Source: Myxococcota bacterium (GTDB lineage Bacteria > Myxococcota_A > UBA9160 > SZUA-336). From it: a stretch of 64,000 bases of DNA. Positions 12,068 through 23,240 of the stretch are shown piece after piece (position 1 is the stretch's first letter; the number at the start of each line of letters is the position of its first letter). The stretch is taken from contig CBDFGR010000001.1 in the NCBI GenBank assembly GCA_965247115.1, positions 128,001 to 192,000 of the forward strand. The letters run 5' to 3'. Position numbers and translations under genes: made by a program. The notes under the pieces were generated by a model. That model did not search any database, was not told where the DNA came from, and saw only the letters and a program-made list of their open reading frames with translations.

Positions 12068-13246
12068 ATGCGGCGCATCTACCTCGACTACAACGCAACG
12101 ACCCCCCTGCGCGCGGGGGTCCTCCAGGCGATGACCGAGGTTCTGGAGCACCACTTCGGCAACCCGTCGAGCGTGCACTGGGCAGGCGCCGATGCGCGCC
12201 ACAGCATCGACACCGCGCGGCGTCAGGTAGCGGAGCTCGCTGGCGTCGAGCCGGACGGGGTCGTCTTCACGAGCTCTGCGACCGAGGCGAACAACACCGT
12301 GCTGCGCAGCGTGGTCCAACGCGCGGCGGCGGGCCAGGACCACATCGTCACCTGCGCCACTGAGCACCCCTCGATCCTCGAGTCGCTGGAGGAGCTGCGC
12401 GAGAGCGGCGTGCGAACCACCGTGTTGCCGGTAGAGCGCGACGGGCGCGTGGCCCCGGAGCGCTTTGCCGCCTGCCTCGACGAGGGGACGCTGCTGGCCT
12501 CCATCATGTGGGCCAACAACGAGACCGGCGTGGTCCAGCCCATCCCGGAACTGGCCCGGATTGCAGCGGAGCGCGGCGTGCGCTTCCACACCGACGCGGT
12601 CCAGGCCCTGGGGAAGCTGCCGCTCGAGCTGGGGGCGCTTCCCGTCGATTTCGCCTCCTTCTCGGCGCACAAGCTCGGCGGCCCCAAGGGCATCGGTGCG
12701 CTCTATGCCTGCCCCACGAGCCGTTTCACACCGCTGCTGCGGGGCGGACCGCAGGAGCGAAACCGACGCGCGGGAACCGAGAACGTGCCGGGGATCGCGG
12801 GCTTCGGGGCGGCGTGCGCCGCAGCGGGAGCCGACATGGAGGAGCGCTCGGCCCACCTGGCCGGATTGCGCGATCGACTGTGGAGCGGGATCCAGGCGAA
12901 GATCCCCGAGGTACAGTCGAACTCGCCTGCAAACTCGCTCCCGCACACGCTAAACGTCTCGTTCGCCGGTGCCGACGGCGAGGCCCTGGTCGAGGCCCTC
13001 GACGTGGAGGAGATCGCCGTGGCTTCGGGAGCGGCCTGCCACTCGGGCTCGACGGAACCCTCGCACGTGCTCCTCGCTATGGGCGTTCCCATCGATCTGG
13101 GAGCGGGCTCCATTCGTTTCAGCCTCGGTCCGGAGTCGCGGGCTGAAGAGATCGAGCACGTCATCGACATCCTTCCTGGCCTCGTCGAGCGGGTGCGCAG
13201 CGCGACGCGGGCGGAGCGTGCCGCCCGGCAGAACCAGCAGCGATGA
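12068..13246 (+). CDS. iscS: Cysteine desulfurase (IscS/NifS family)
   Basis: [27 protein letters not shown] (PLP lysine) and SGAACHSG (catalytic Cys). Confidence 0.93.
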   Translation: MRRIYLDYNATTPLRAGVLQAMTEVLEHHFGNPSSVHWAGADARHSIDTARRQVAELAGVEPDGVVFTSSATEANNTVLRSVVQRAAAGQDHIVTCATEHPSILESLEELRESGVRTTVLPVERDGRVAPERFAACLDEGTLLASIMWANNETGVVQPIPELARIAAERGVRFHTDAVQALGKLPLELGALPVDFASFSAHKLGGPKGIGALYACPTSRFTPLLRGGPQERNRRAGTENVPGIAGFGAACAAAGADMEERSAHLAGLRDRLWSGIQAKIPEVQSNSPANSLPHTLNVSFAGADGEALVEALDVEEIAVASGAACHSGSTEPSHVLLAMGVPIDLGAGSIRFSLGPESRAEEIEHVIDILPGLVERVRSATRAERAARQNQQR

Positions 13247-14325
13247 GCGACCGCTGGATCGTTGCCATGAGCGGCGGCGTGGACTCGTCGGTGGCGGCTG
13301 CGCTGCTGGCCAGCCAGGGCAAGGACGTAGTGGGAATCACCATGGATATCGGCGGCGAGGCCCCGCCGCGGCGGACAGCGTCCAGCAAAAAGTGTTGTGG
13401 GCTGCCCGACGCGGACGATGCGCGAGCGGTCGCCCGCACGCTTGGCATCAAGCACTACGTCGCGAACTACAGGAGCGCGTTTCGAGAGGCGGTGGTCGAG
13501 CCCTTCGTCGAGGACTACCTCGCGGGACGCACGCCCATCCCCTGCATCGCCTGCAATCGTGTGCTCAAGTTCGACATCCTGCTGCAGCGCGCGAGGGCGC
13601 TTGGCGGGCGGGGCGTCGCGACAGGTCACTACGCTCGCATTGCCCCCGGTCCCGACGGAGAGCTGGCCTTGTACCGCCCCCGCGATCGCGGGAAGGACCA
13701 GACCTACTTCTTGTTCGATCTGCCGCGTGCCGTGCTGCCCTCGCTCTCCTTTCCGCTCGGCGAGCTCGAGAAGTCGGAGGTGCGGGAGATCGCGCGCAGG
13801 CTCGGGCTGGCGACCGCGGACAAGCCCGAGAGCCAGGGCATCTGCTTCATCCCCGACGGAAACGTGCGCTCTGCCCTCGACCGGCTGCGCCCCGGTCACG
13901 AGCGGCGGCCCGGCGCGATCGTCGACGGGGGCGGTCTGGTGCTGGGCCAACACGACGGGGCGCTCGGCTACACGCTCGGCCAGCGCAAGGGACTCGGCCT
14001 GTCGGGCGGACCCTGGTACGTGAGCGAGGTGAAGCCGGCGGAGAACCAGCTCAGGGTGAGTCGCGCGGAGCGGCTGTGGCGGCGAGAGGTGCACGTGAGG
14101 GGCTTGTGCTGGTTCGATGGCCAGCCTCCGCGGAATCCCGTTCGGGTGCAGATCCGGCATCGGCAGGCCAGCGTGACAGCCCGTCTCGAGCCGGCCGCGA
14201 GCGCGGCCGGAACGCTGCTGCTCGAGGAGCCCGCCTGGGCGCCCGCACCGGGCCAGGCTGCGGTCGTCTACGATGCGGCAGACTCGCGCGTGCTCGGAGG
14301 AGGCTGGATCACTGGCTCGGTCTAG
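13243..14325 (+). CDS. mnmA: tRNA-specific 2-thiouridylase
   Basis: [35 protein letters not shown] and PGQAAVVY motifs. Confidence 0.97.
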   Translation: MSDRWIVAMSGGVDSSVAAALLASQGKDVVGITMDIGGEAPPRRTASSKKCCGLPDADDARAVARTLGIKHYVANYRSAFREAVVEPFVEDYLAGRTPIPCIACNRVLKFDILLQRARALGGRGVATGHYARIAPGPDGELALYRPRDRGKDQTYFLFDLPRAVLPSLSFPLGELEKSEVREIARRLGLATADKPESQGICFIPDGNVRSALDRLRPGHERRPGAIVDGGGLVLGQHDGALGYTLGQRKGLGLSGGPWYVSEVKPAENQLRVSRAERLWRREVHVRGLCWFDGQPPRNPVRVQIRHRQASVTARLEPAASAAGTLLLEEPAWAPAPGQAAVVYDAADSRVLGGGWITGSV

Positions 14326-15019
14326 ACCCCGGAACGAGCTAGAGCGCTGCCTCGGACACTCCTTCTCGAAGCCCGAGTTGCTCGAGCGGGCGCTGACGCA
14401 CGGCTCGCGCGCTCACGAGTTCGGCAGTGACGAGGGCTCGAACGAGCGCCTCGAGTTCCTCGGCGATGCCGTTCTGGATCTGCTCGTGTCCGAGCGCCTG
14501 ATGGAGGCAAATTCCAGCGCCGACGAAGGCGCCCTCTCGCGCGCCCGAGCCGAGCTCGTGAACACAGCCGCGCTGGCCGTTCGGGCGCGGGCGCTGGAGC
14601 TCGGAAGCTGGCTGCGCCTGGGCAAGAGCGAGGAGAGGAGCGGCGGCCGCGACAAAGAATCGATCCTGGCCGACCTGTTCGAGGCGGTGCTGGGAGCCAT
14701 GTACCTGGACGGGGGACTGGAGCCCGTGCGCGCGCTCGTGGCTCGGGAGCTCGGGCAGGACATCGCCGAGGCGGCCAGCGGCGAGCGTCCGCTACGCGAC
14801 GCGAAGTCTCGCCTGCAAGAGGCCCTGCACGCGAAAGGCGAGCCCGGCCCCGTCTACACGATCACCACGGAGTGCGGGCCGGCGCACGCCCGCGAGTTCG
14901 ACGTCGAGGTGAGCGTGGCAGGTCGGGTGCTCGGATCGGCCACGGCGCGCTCCAAACGCGCCGCCGAGCAGGGCGCTGCGCAGGGCGCTCTGCGCAGGCT
15001 CGACGAGTCCGGCTCGTGA
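14312..15019 (+). CDS. rnc: Ribonuclease III (start uncertain: CTG 14312 or ATG 14273)
   Basis: ALTHGS and [12 protein letters not shown] signature plus C-terminal dsRBD; followed by era. Confidence 0.95.
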   Translation: MARSRPRNELERCLGHSFSKPELLERALTHGSRAHEFGSDEGSNERLEFLGDAVLDLLVSERLMEANSSADEGALSRARAELVNTAALAVRARALELGSWLRLGKSEERSGGRDKESILADLFEAVLGAMYLDGGLEPVRALVARELGQDIAEAASGERPLRDAKSRLQEALHAKGEPGPVYTITTECGPAHAREFDVEVSVAGRVLGSATARSKRAAEQGAAQGALRRLDESGS

Positions 15020-15891
15020 CCTCGTCGGCGCGGGCCGACCAGGGGCCTCACCGCTGCGGCGTCGTGGCACTGCTCGGCCGCCCCAACGCGGGGAAATCCA
15101 CGCTGCTGAACGCCGTCCTCGGCGAGAAGGTCTCCATCTCGGCGGCGCGCGCCCAAACGACACGCAGTCAGCTGCTCGGCGTGCTGACTCGGCCCGAAGT
15201 GCAGATCCTTTTCCACGACACACCGGGTGTGAACCGAGGCCGAGCCCGTTTCAACCTCGCTCTTACCGAGCGCGCGCTCCGCTCGGCCGAGGACGCGGAT
15301 CTGCGCGTGATCTTGTTCGAGGGCGGATCTGATTGGGAGCCCGTCGAGGAGCGGCTGGCGGAGCTTCCCGGACCCTCGCTGTTGCTGCGCACCAAGTGCG
15401 ACCAGGGCCCACCGGGGCCCGTGCCAGACCCGCATCGCTTTGCCGCTGTGCTGGAGGTCTCGGCTCGAACGGGCTCTGGACTCGAGGCCTTTGTCGAGCG
15501 GGTCACCGGACTTCTACCCGAGGGTCCGGCTCTCTATCCCGCCGACTTCCTCACAGATGCTCCGCTGCGCTTCCTGGCGGCCGAGCGGATCCGCGAGGTC
15601 GTCTTCGACACGTACGCCGACGAGATCCCGTACGCGATCGCGGTGGAGGTCGAGAGCTGGAAGGAGACTCAGGACGAGCTGCGCGTGGCCGCCAACGTGC
15701 TGGTGGAGCGGGACTCGCAGAAGGCCATCGTGGTGGGGCGGGGCGGCCAGATGCTCAAGAAGGTCGGTATCGAGTCGCGCAAGAGGATCGCCGAGCTGTG
15801 CGGGCTGCGCGTGCATCTCAACTTGTGGGTCAAGACCGACAAGAACTGGTCAAAACGACCCAGGCGTGCCAGACAGCTGGGCTACCTGTAG
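15016..15891 (+). CDS. era: GTPase Era
   Basis: GRPNAGKSTLLN, QTTR, DTPG and KH domain (EIPY, VGRGG). G4 reads TKCD. Confidence 0.95.
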   Translation: MTSSARADQGPHRCGVVALLGRPNAGKSTLLNAVLGEKVSISAARAQTTRSQLLGVLTRPEVQILFHDTPGVNRGRARFNLALTERALRSAEDADLRVILFEGGSDWEPVEERLAELPGPSLLLRTKCDQGPPGPVPDPHRFAAVLEVSARTGSGLEAFVERVTGLLPEGPALYPADFLTDAPLRFLAAERIREVVFDTYADEIPYAIAVEVESWKETQDELRVAANVLVERDSQKAIVVGRGGQMLKKVGIESRKRIAELCGLRVHLNLWVKTDKNWSKRPRRARQLGYL

Positions 15892-16025
15892 TTGGCACGG
15901 GTGGCATCTTCGGGTACGGTGCTTGGGAAGCTGAAGGACCGGCCTCGTAAACTACACCTGACAGTGTTGTTGTCGTTGGAGCGCACCCCGAAGTGGCCTG
16001 CGCGCCAACATGTGGAGGAGCGGCG

Positions 16026-17558
16026 GTGAGCGAGCGGAGCGACCTGCACGGCCACATCGACCGGATCCTGGAGGGCGGCTCTCCAGCTGCGCACGAGCGG
16101 GCGAAGAAGCAGGCCAAGCTCTTCGCTCGCGAGCGCGTCGCGCTGCTGCTCGATACGGACTCCTTTGTCGAGGACGCCCTGTTCGCGAACACTCTCGCCG
16201 ACGATCTTCCCGCCGATGGAATCGTTATCGGGACCGGACGGATCGGCGGTCGCGTAGCGTGCGTGATGGCGAACGACTCCACCGTCAAGGCGGGCTCCTG
16301 GGGACGGCGAACCGTCGAGAAGATCCTGCGCATCCAGGAGACGGCGGAGCGGCTCCGAGCTCCACTCGTCTACCTGGTCGACTCCGCGGGTGCCCGCATC
16401 ACGGACCAGGTCGACATGTTCCCCAACCGCCGCGGCGCGGGCCGGATCTTCCACAACCAGGTGCGTCTGTCCGGACTCATCCCCCAGGTCTGTTGCCTGT
16501 TCGGCCCCTCTGCGGCCGGCGGCGCCTACATCCCCGCGTTCTGCGACATCCTCTTGATGGTGGAGGGGAACGCGAGCATGTACCTCGGCTCGCCGAGGAT
16601 GGCGGAGATGGTGATCGGGCAGAAGACCACGCTGGAAGAAATGGGGGGCGCCCGCATGCACTGCAGCAAGAGCGGCTGCGGTGACGTGCTCTGCACCGAC
16701 GAGCGCGAGGCGATCGAGGGGGCGCGACGCTACCTGTCCTACCTGCCCGGTTCTACAGGGGACGTGCTTCCACGCGCCGAGGCGCGGCTGCCGACTCGCA
16801 CGTGCCAGGACCTGGGAGCTGCGATCCCAGAGGACGAGAACCGGCCCTTCGACATCTTCGAGGTGATCGATCGAGTGGTCGACGAGGACTCCTTCTTCGA
16901 GATCAAGCAGCTCTGGGCGCGCGAGCTCGTGACGGGCCTCGCGCGCATCGACGGGCAGCCGGTCGGGGTGGTTGCGAACCAGCCGAAGTGGAAGGGCGGC
17001 GTGCTCTTCGTCGACTCCGCCGACAAGGCAGCACGCTTCATCCAGATCTGCGACGCCTTCGGGCTTCCGCTCCTGTACCTGGCAGACGTCCCGGGCTTCA
17101 TGATCGGGTCGAAGGTCGAGCGCGAGGGCATCATTCGCGCCGGCGCGAAGATGATCTCCGCAGTCTCGGAGGCCACCGTGCCGCGCATCTCGGTCATTGT
17201 GAGGAAGGCCTACGGCGCGGGGCTGTACGCCATGTGCGGTCCCGGTTTCCGTCCCGACGTCTGCATCGCCCTGCCCACGGCAAAGATCGCCGTGATGGGT
17301 CCGGAAGCCGCGGTCAACGCGGTCTTCTACAACCGAATCCAGGCCACGCCGGAGGAGGAGCGAGCGTCGCTGGTCGCCGACCTCCGAGCGGAGTACGAGC
17401 GCGACGTCGACCTCATGCTGCTCGCATCAGAGCTCGTCATCGATGACATCGTCCCACCGGAACGCCTGCGCGAAGATCTCGTGCGGCGCTTTGCGCTGAT
17501 CAGCGACCGTCCCGAAGACGAATCCCCACCGAAGAAGCACGGGATCATTCCCGTCTAG
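16026..17558 (+). CDS. Acyl-CoA carboxylase, carboxyltransferase (beta) subunit
   Basis: KLFARERV, DSAGAR, AAGGAYIPA, DVPGFMIG and RKAYGAG motifs. GTG start after GGAGG. Confidence 0.92.
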   Translation: MSERSDLHGHIDRILEGGSPAAHERAKKQAKLFARERVALLLDTDSFVEDALFANTLADDLPADGIVIGTGRIGGRVACVMANDSTVKAGSWGRRTVEKILRIQETAERLRAPLVYLVDSAGARITDQVDMFPNRRGAGRIFHNQVRLSGLIPQVCCLFGPSAAGGAYIPAFCDILLMVEGNASMYLGSPRMAEMVIGQKTTLEEMGGARMHCSKSGCGDVLCTDEREAIEGARRYLSYLPGSTGDVLPRAEARLPTRTCQDLGAAIPEDENRPFDIFEVIDRVVDEDSFFEIKQLWARELVTGLARIDGQPVGVVANQPKWKGGVLFVDSADKAARFIQICDAFGLPLLYLADVPGFMIGSKVEREGIIRAGAKMISAVSEATVPRISVIVRKAYGAGLYAMCGPGFRPDVCIALPTAKIAVMGPEAAVNAVFYNRIQATPEEERASLVADLRAEYERDVDLMLLASELVIDDIVPPERLREDLVRRFALISDRPEDESPPKKHGIIPV

Positions 17559-17603
17559 CGCCGACGCTAACGCCGGGTCCCACAAATGAGCTAAGGTTCT
17601 TCC

Positions 17604-20600
17604 ATGAGCACGGTTCAGGCGAGTGTCGACGTGGCGACCGCGGGACGGGGGCCAGTGCGGGTCGTGACGGCAGCGTCGCTTTTTGACGGGCACGACGCCG
17701 CGATCAACATCATGCGGCGGCTGCTGCAGCAGATGGGGGCCGAGGTGATCCACCTCGGGCACGATCGCTCTGTGGACGACGTGCTCACTGCTGCCATCCA
17801 GGAAGACGCGGACGCGGTGGCGGTGTCCTCGTATCAGGGGGGACACGTCGAGTTCTTCAAGTACCTGCTCGATCGACTGCAGGAGGCAGGGGCGCCACAC
17901 GTGCGGGTCTACGGGGGCGGGGGTGGTGTGATCTCTCTCGACGAGGTCGAGGAGCTGCATCGCTACGGGATCACGCAGATCTTCCGCCCCGAAGACGGGC
18001 AGAAGCTCGGCCTCGAGGGGATGATCCGACAGATCGTCGATGCCGGCGTGAGTCGTCCCGACGTTTCCTGGGAGGAGGAGCTCGAGCGCGTCGGCGTCGA
18101 GCGGCCGACGTCCCTGGCCCGCTTGATCAGCCTGTTCGAGGAGCGCGCGGGCACGGAGGATGGTGAGCTGGCACAGCTACGCGTTGCGCTGGACCGGCTT
18201 CGGCGCGAGGCCGCACCCGTGGTGGGCTTTACGGGGACCGGTGGGGCGGGCAAGTCGAGCCTCGTCGACGAGCTGGTGCGTCGCTTTCGGCTGGAGGATC
18301 CGGAGCGCTCCATCGGCGTGATCTCGATCGATCCCACGCGGCGACGCTCGGGCGGGGCCCTGCTCGCCGATCGGCTGCGCATGAACTCCATCCAGCCACC
18401 GCGGGTGTTCGTACGCTCGCTTGCAACGCGGCAGGCACACGTCGCGATGTCGCGCTCGGTCGCGGACGGGATCCGCGTGCTTCAAGCTGGCGGCTTCGAC
18501 CTGATCCTCGTTGAGACGGCGGGCATCGGACAGGCCGATTCGGAGATCATCGATCTCGTCGACCTCTCGGTGTACGTGATGACGCCCGAGTACGGTGCGC
18601 CCTCGCAGCTCGAGAAGATCGACATGCTGGAGCTCGCCGACGCAGTCGTCGTGAACAAGTCCGACCGTCGGGGCGCGAGCGATGCCCTGCGCGACGTACG
18701 CAAGCAGTGGCGCCGCAACCACGGCGGCGTCCAGCGCTCGGATGCGGAGACGCCGGTGTACGCGACGATCGCGAGTCGCTGGGACGATCCGGGCACGGAT
18801 CGCTTCGGCCAGGCGCTCGGTGCACTGATTGCCGAGCGCGGCTTCCGAACGTTCCCACGTCGACTCGTTGGACCGCCGCTCGAGCCCACGGGTCGGCCCA
18901 TGATCGCCCCTAAGCGCACGCGCTACCTTGCAGAAATTGCGGAGACGCTGCGCGCCTATCGTGCCCGGGCACTCGAGCAGGCGGAGCGCGCGCGCCGCGC
19001 CTGGGCCGTAGCCCAGGCACTCGAGGAGCTGAGCGAGGAGTCGCCAAAGCTGAGCAAGGAGTCGCCAAAGCTGGGCGAGGAATCGCCAAAGCTGAGCAAG
19101 GAGTCGCGGGAGGGGGACGCGTACCCGGAGGCGGTGACCGAAGAAGGCGTGGCGTCACCCGAGATCCTGGCGCTTCGGCGCACCTACAACAGGCTCCTCG
19201 CCGAGCTCGATCCGGAGCTCGTCCGCGAGCTCGCCGCATGGCCGCGGGTGCGCGAGCGCTATCGCAGAGAGAGCCAGTCTTACGAGGTCCGAGGTCGCGA
19301 CATCCCGATCGCGAACCACGTCGAGACGCTCGCCGGTCTCTCCGTGCCTCGGGTGGCGGTGCCCGAGCTCGACGACTGGGGCGAGCGCGCTCGGTTCCTC
19401 GCCTTCGAGAACCTGCCCGGCCACTTCCCGTTCACGAGCGGCGTGTTTCCCTTCAAGCGCACCGAGGAGGAAGATCCCGCCAGAATGTTCGCGGGGGAGG
19501 GCACGCCCGAGCGCACGAACCGCCGCTTCCACCTCCTGTGCCGGGGACAGCCCGCGAGGCGTCTGTCCACGGCGTTCGACAGCGTGACCCTCTACGGGCG
19601 AGACCCGCACGAGCGGCCCGACGTGTACGGTAAGGTGGGGACCTCCGGCGTCTCTGTCTGCACGGTCGACGACGCCAAGAAGCTCTACTCCGGCTTCGAC
19701 CTCACAGATCCGAAGACCTCGGTCTCGATGACGATCAACGGTCCGGCCCCCGTGCTGCTCGCGTTTTTCTTCAACGCGACCATCGATCAATGCGTCGAGA
19801 AGCATCTGACCGAGACGGACCAGCTCGAACGCGTGGTGCGTGAGCTCGCGGCGCGGGGCCTGCCCGGCTACACGGGCGAGCTGCCCGAAGGGCACAGTGG
19901 TCTGGGTCTGTCGCTACTGGGAGTCTCGGGTGACGAGCTCGTGGAGCCAGAAGTCTACGAGCGGATCAAGAGGGACGCGCTCCGCAGCGTCCGGGGTACG
20001 GTCCAGGCGGACATCCTCAAGGAGGACCAGGCCCAGAACACCTGCATCTTCTCCACGGAGTTCGCTCTCCGCATGATGGGCGACATCCAGGAGTACTTCT
20101 GCGAGAACGAGATTCAGAACTTCTACTCGGTGTCGATTTCGGGCTACCACATCGCCGAGGCGGGAGCGAACCCGATCAGCCAGCTCGCGTTCACGCTGGC
20201 CAACGCCTTCACGTACTGCGAGGCGTACATGGCCCGCGGGCTCGAAGTAGACGACTTCGCGCCCAACTTCTCCTTCTTCTTCAGCAACGGTCTCGATCCG
20301 GAGTACGCGGTGATCGGACGCGTCGCGCGGCGTATCTGGGCCGTTGCCCTGCGCGAGCGCTACAGGGCACTCGAGCGCAGCCAGAAGCTCAAGTACCACA
20401 TCCAGACGTCGGGCCGCTCGCTGCACGCGCAGGATATGGCGTTCAACGACATTCGAACGACCCTCCAGGCCCTGCTCGCGCTCGGAGATCACTGCAACAG
20501 CTTGCACACGAACGCGTACGACGAGGCCGTCACCACGCCCACGGCGGAGTCCGTGCGCCGTGCGCTGGCAATTCAGCTCGTGCTGAATCGGGAGTTCGGT

Positions 20601-21092
20601 CTACTGAAGAACGAGAACCCGTTCCAGGGCTCGTACGCCGTCGAGGAGCTGACCGTTCTCGTGGAGGAGGCGGTGCTGCAGGAGTTCGAGCGGATCTCGG
20701 AGCGGGGCGGCGTGCTTGGCGCCATGGAGCGGATGTACCAGCGCGGCAAGATCCAGGACGAGAGCCTGCTCTACGAGGCAAAGAAGCACTCGGGCGAGCT
20801 GCCCGTGGTCGGAGTGAACACCTTCCTGAACCCCGCAGGGGAGAGCGCAGCAGAGCCCCGCGAGCTGATCCGCGCCTCCGAAGGAGAGAAGGGCCAGCAG
20901 CTCGAGAACCTGCACCGCTTCCAGGAGCGCAACGCGGGCCGGGCGGAGCAGGCGCTGCGCAGACTCCAGGCAGTAGCCTCGGCGGGGGGGAATGTGTTCG
21001 CCGAGCTGCTCGAGGTCACGAAGGTCGCGAGCCTGGGGCAGATTTCCGACGCCCTCTTCGAAGTGGGCGGACGCTACCGAAGGGCGATGTAG
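17604..21092 (+). CDS. icmF: Fused isobutyryl-CoA mutase/GTPase chaperone IcmF
   Basis: N-terminal B12-binding DGHDAA, MeaB-like GTGGAGKSS G-domain and C-terminal mutase barrel with RMFAG (Phe at the specificity position). Confidence 0.93.
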   Translation: MSTVQASVDVATAGRGPVRVVTAASLFDGHDAAINIMRRLLQQMGAEVIHLGHDRSVDDVLTAAIQEDADAVAVSSYQGGHVEFFKYLLDRLQEAGAPHVRVYGGGGGVISLDEVEELHRYGITQIFRPEDGQKLGLEGMIRQIVDAGVSRPDVSWEEELERVGVERPTSLARLISLFEERAGTEDGELAQLRVALDRLRREAAPVVGFTGTGGAGKSSLVDELVRRFRLEDPERSIGVISIDPTRRRSGGALLADRLRMNSIQPPRVFVRSLATRQAHVAMSRSVADGIRVLQAGGFDLILVETAGIGQADSEIIDLVDLSVYVMTPEYGAPSQLEKIDMLELADAVVVNKSDRRGASDALRDVRKQWRRNHGGVQRSDAETPVYATIASRWDDPGTDRFGQALGALIAERGFRTFPRRLVGPPLEPTGRPMIAPKRTRYLAEIAETLRAYRARALEQAERARRAWAVAQALEELSEESPKLSKESPKLGEESPKLSKESREGDAYPEAVTEEGVASPEILALRRTYNRLLAELDPELVRELAAWPRVRERYRRESQSYEVRGRDIPIANHVETLAGLSVPRVAVPELDDWGERARFLAFENLPGHFPFTSGVFPFKRTEEEDPARMFAGEGTPERTNRRFHLLCRGQPARRLSTAFDSVTLYGRDPHERPDVYGKVGTSGVSVCTVDDAKKLYSGFDLTDPKTSVSMTINGPAPVLLAFFFNATIDQCVEKHLTETDQLERVVRELAARGLPGYTGELPEGHSGLGLSLLGVSGDELVEPEVYERIKRDALRSVRGTVQADILKEDQAQNTCIFSTEFALRMMGDIQEYFCENEIQNFYSVSISGYHIAEAGANPISQLAFTLANAFTYCEAYMARGLEVDDFAPNFSFFFSNGLDPEYAVIGRVARRIWAVALRERYRALERSQKLKYHIQTSGRSLHAQDMAFNDIRTTLQALLALGDHCNSLHTNAYDEAVTTPTAESVRRALAIQLVLNREFGLLKNENPFQGSYAVEELTVLVEEAVLQEFERISERGGVLGAMERMYQRGKIQDESLLYEAKKHSGELPVVGVNTFLNPAGESAAEPRELIRASEGEKGQQLENLHRFQERNAGRAEQALRRLQAVASAGGNVFAELLEVTKVASLGQISDALFEVGGRYRRAM
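19028..19107 (+). repeat. In-frame 21-bp tandem repeat (about 3.8 copies) inside icmF
   Basis: Units gctgagcgaggagtcgccaaa / gctgagcaaggagtcgccaaa / gctgggcgaggaatcgccaaa / gctgagcaaggagtcgc. Confidence 0.95.
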
Positions 21093-23240
21093 ATGCAGGA
21101 TCCAAAAGGCAAGGCAGATCTCGGTGCCTGGCGTGAGGCCGCTGCCAGAGAGCTCGGCGGAGCAGACCCGGAGAGCCTCGAGTGGACGACGCCCGAGGGC
21201 ATCTCGATCAAGTCGCTCTACACGGCGGTGGACCTCGAGAACCTCGAGTACACCGACAGCGTCCCCGGCCTGGCACCGTTCCTGCGCGGCCCGCGCGCCA
21301 CGATGTACACGAACCGACCCTGGACGGTACGGCAGTACGCAGGCTTCTCGACGGCAGAGGAGTCCAATGAGTTCTACCGCGCGAACCTGAAGGCGGGCCA
21401 GCGCGGGCTCTCGGTCGCCTTCGATCTCGCGACCCACCGCGGCTACGACTCGGATCACCCGCGCGTGATCGGCGACGTGGGCAAAGCCGGCGTGGCGATT
21501 GACTCCATCGAGGACATGAAGATCCTGTTCGATCAGATCCCGCTGGACCAGATGTCCGTGTCCATGACGATGAACGGAGCGGTGATCCCGACCCTCGCCT
21601 GCTTCATCGCGGCCGGAGAGGAGCAAGGCGTCCAGCCGGCAAAGCTCACCGGGACCATCCAGAACGACATCCTGAAGGAGTTCATGGTCCGGAATACCTA
21701 CATCTACCCGCCCGAGCCGAGCATGCGCATTGTGGCGGACGTGATCGAGTTCACGTCGAGGAACATGCCGCGCTTCAACTCGATCTCGATCAGCGGCTAC
21801 CACATGCAGGAGGCTGGCGCGACGCAGGTCCAGGAGCTGGCCTTCACCTTGGCGGACGGTGTCGAGTACGTGCGCGCGGCCCTGAGTCAGGGGCTCGGCA
21901 TCGACGAGTTCGCTCCACGACTCTCGTTCTTCTGGGCGATCGGCATGAACTTTTTCATGGAGATCGCGAAGATGCGCGCCGCGCGCCTGCTTTGGGCACA
22001 GTTGATGAGTGGCTTCAACCCGAAGGACCCACGTTCCTCCATGCTGCGTGCGCACTCGCAGACCTCGGGGGCGAGCCTCACCGAGCAAGACCCCTACAAC
22101 AACGTGGTCCGCACCACGATCGAGGCCATGGCCGCGGTGCTCGGGGGCACCCAATCCCTCCATACAAACGGCTTCGACGAGGCGCTGACCCTGCCCACGC
22201 CTTTCTCGGCACGCATCGCGAGAAACACCCAGCTCATCCTGTCCGAGGAGACCGGGATCACTCGTGTGATCGATCCCCTGGCCGGCAGCTACTACCTGGA
22301 AAGTCTGACGCACAGCATCGCCCGCGAGGCCACGAAGCTGATCGAAGAGGTCGAGGAGCTCGGGGGCATGACGAAGGCCATCGAGGCTGGAATGCCGAAG
22401 CTGCGCATCGAGGAAGCCGCGACCCGGCGCCAGGCGCGCATCGACCGGGACGAGGAGGCCATCGTCGGCGTCAACCGCTATCGGGTCGAGGAGAAAACCG
22501 AGGTCGAGGTTCTCGACATCGACAACACTGAGGTGCGACGCCTTCAGATCGGGCGGCTCGAGCGCGTCCGGTCGGAGCGCGACGACACGCGCCTGCGCGG
22601 GGTGCTCGAGGCGTTGACGGCGGCTGCGGGCGACCGGAGCGAGAACCTGCTCGCGCACGCGGTCGAGGCTGCGAAGGCGCGGGCCACCGTGGGCGAGATC
22701 TCCGAAGCGCTGGAGAAAGTGTATGGCCGACACCGCGCCGAGATCCGCAGCGTGTCCGGCGTCTACGCCTCCGCCTACAGGGACGATGCGGAGTTCCTTG
22801 CGCTGCGCCGCGACATCGAGGATTTCCTGGAAGATGAGGGCCGACGTCCGCGCATCCTCGTGGCCAAGCTCGGGCAGGACGGCCACGACCGCGGCGCCAA
22901 GATCATCGCCACCGCGTTCGCCGACATGGGCTTCGACGTCGACATCGGAACCCTGTTCCAGACTCCGGAGGAGGTCGCCCGGCAGGCCGTGGAGAACGAC
23001 GTGCACGTGGTCGGCGTTTCGAGCCAGGCCGCGGGACACAAGACGCTGGTGCCCCAGCTAATCGAGGCGCTGGCGAACGAGCGCGCGGAAGACGTGACCG
23101 TCGTGTGTGGCGGCGTCATCCCGCCTCAGGACTACTCGTTCCTGCACGAGAGGGGCGTGGCAAAGATCTTCGGCCCGGGGACGGCCGTGCCGGCGGCGGC
23201 CCGCGAGGTGCTTCAGGCTGTTCGTGATCGCCGCGCATGA
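21093..23240 (+). CDS. scpA: Methylmalonyl-CoA mutase
   Basis: RQYAGF (Tyr specificity residue), QNDILKEF and DGHDRG B12 motif. Confidence 0.96.
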   Translation: MQDPKGKADLGAWREAAARELGGADPESLEWTTPEGISIKSLYTAVDLENLEYTDSVPGLAPFLRGPRATMYTNRPWTVRQYAGFSTAEESNEFYRANLKAGQRGLSVAFDLATHRGYDSDHPRVIGDVGKAGVAIDSIEDMKILFDQIPLDQMSVSMTMNGAVIPTLACFIAAGEEQGVQPAKLTGTIQNDILKEFMVRNTYIYPPEPSMRIVADVIEFTSRNMPRFNSISISGYHMQEAGATQVQELAFTLADGVEYVRAALSQGLGIDEFAPRLSFFWAIGMNFFMEIAKMRAARLLWAQLMSGFNPKDPRSSMLRAHSQTSGASLTEQDPYNNVVRTTIEAMAAVLGGTQSLHTNGFDEALTLPTPFSARIARNTQLILSEETGITRVIDPLAGSYYLESLTHSIAREATKLIEEVEELGGMTKAIEAGMPKLRIEEAATRRQARIDRDEEAIVGVNRYRVEEKTEVEVLDIDNTEVRRLQIGRLERVRSERDDTRLRGVLEALTAAAGDRSENLLAHAVEAAKARATVGEISEALEKVYGRHRAEIRSVSGVYASAYRDDAEFLALRRDIEDFLEDEGRRPRILVAKLGQDGHDRGAKIIATAFADMGFDVDIGTLFQTPEEVARQAVENDVHVVGVSSQAAGHKTLVPQLIEALANERAEDVTVVCGGVIPPQDYSFLHERGVAKIFGPGTAVPAAAREVLQAVRDRRA

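Noticed and set aside
15892..15908. TTGGCACG as a sigma54 promoter
   Set aside because: No GC at the -12 position (GG-N10-GC spacing fails).
15892..17603. Cobalamin riboswitch upstream of the B12 mutase cluster
   Set aside because: The intergenic gaps are short and I could not find the conserved B12-box elements.
19028..19107. CRISPR array
   Set aside because: Units are contiguous with no spacers, in frame within icmF, and no cas genes are present.
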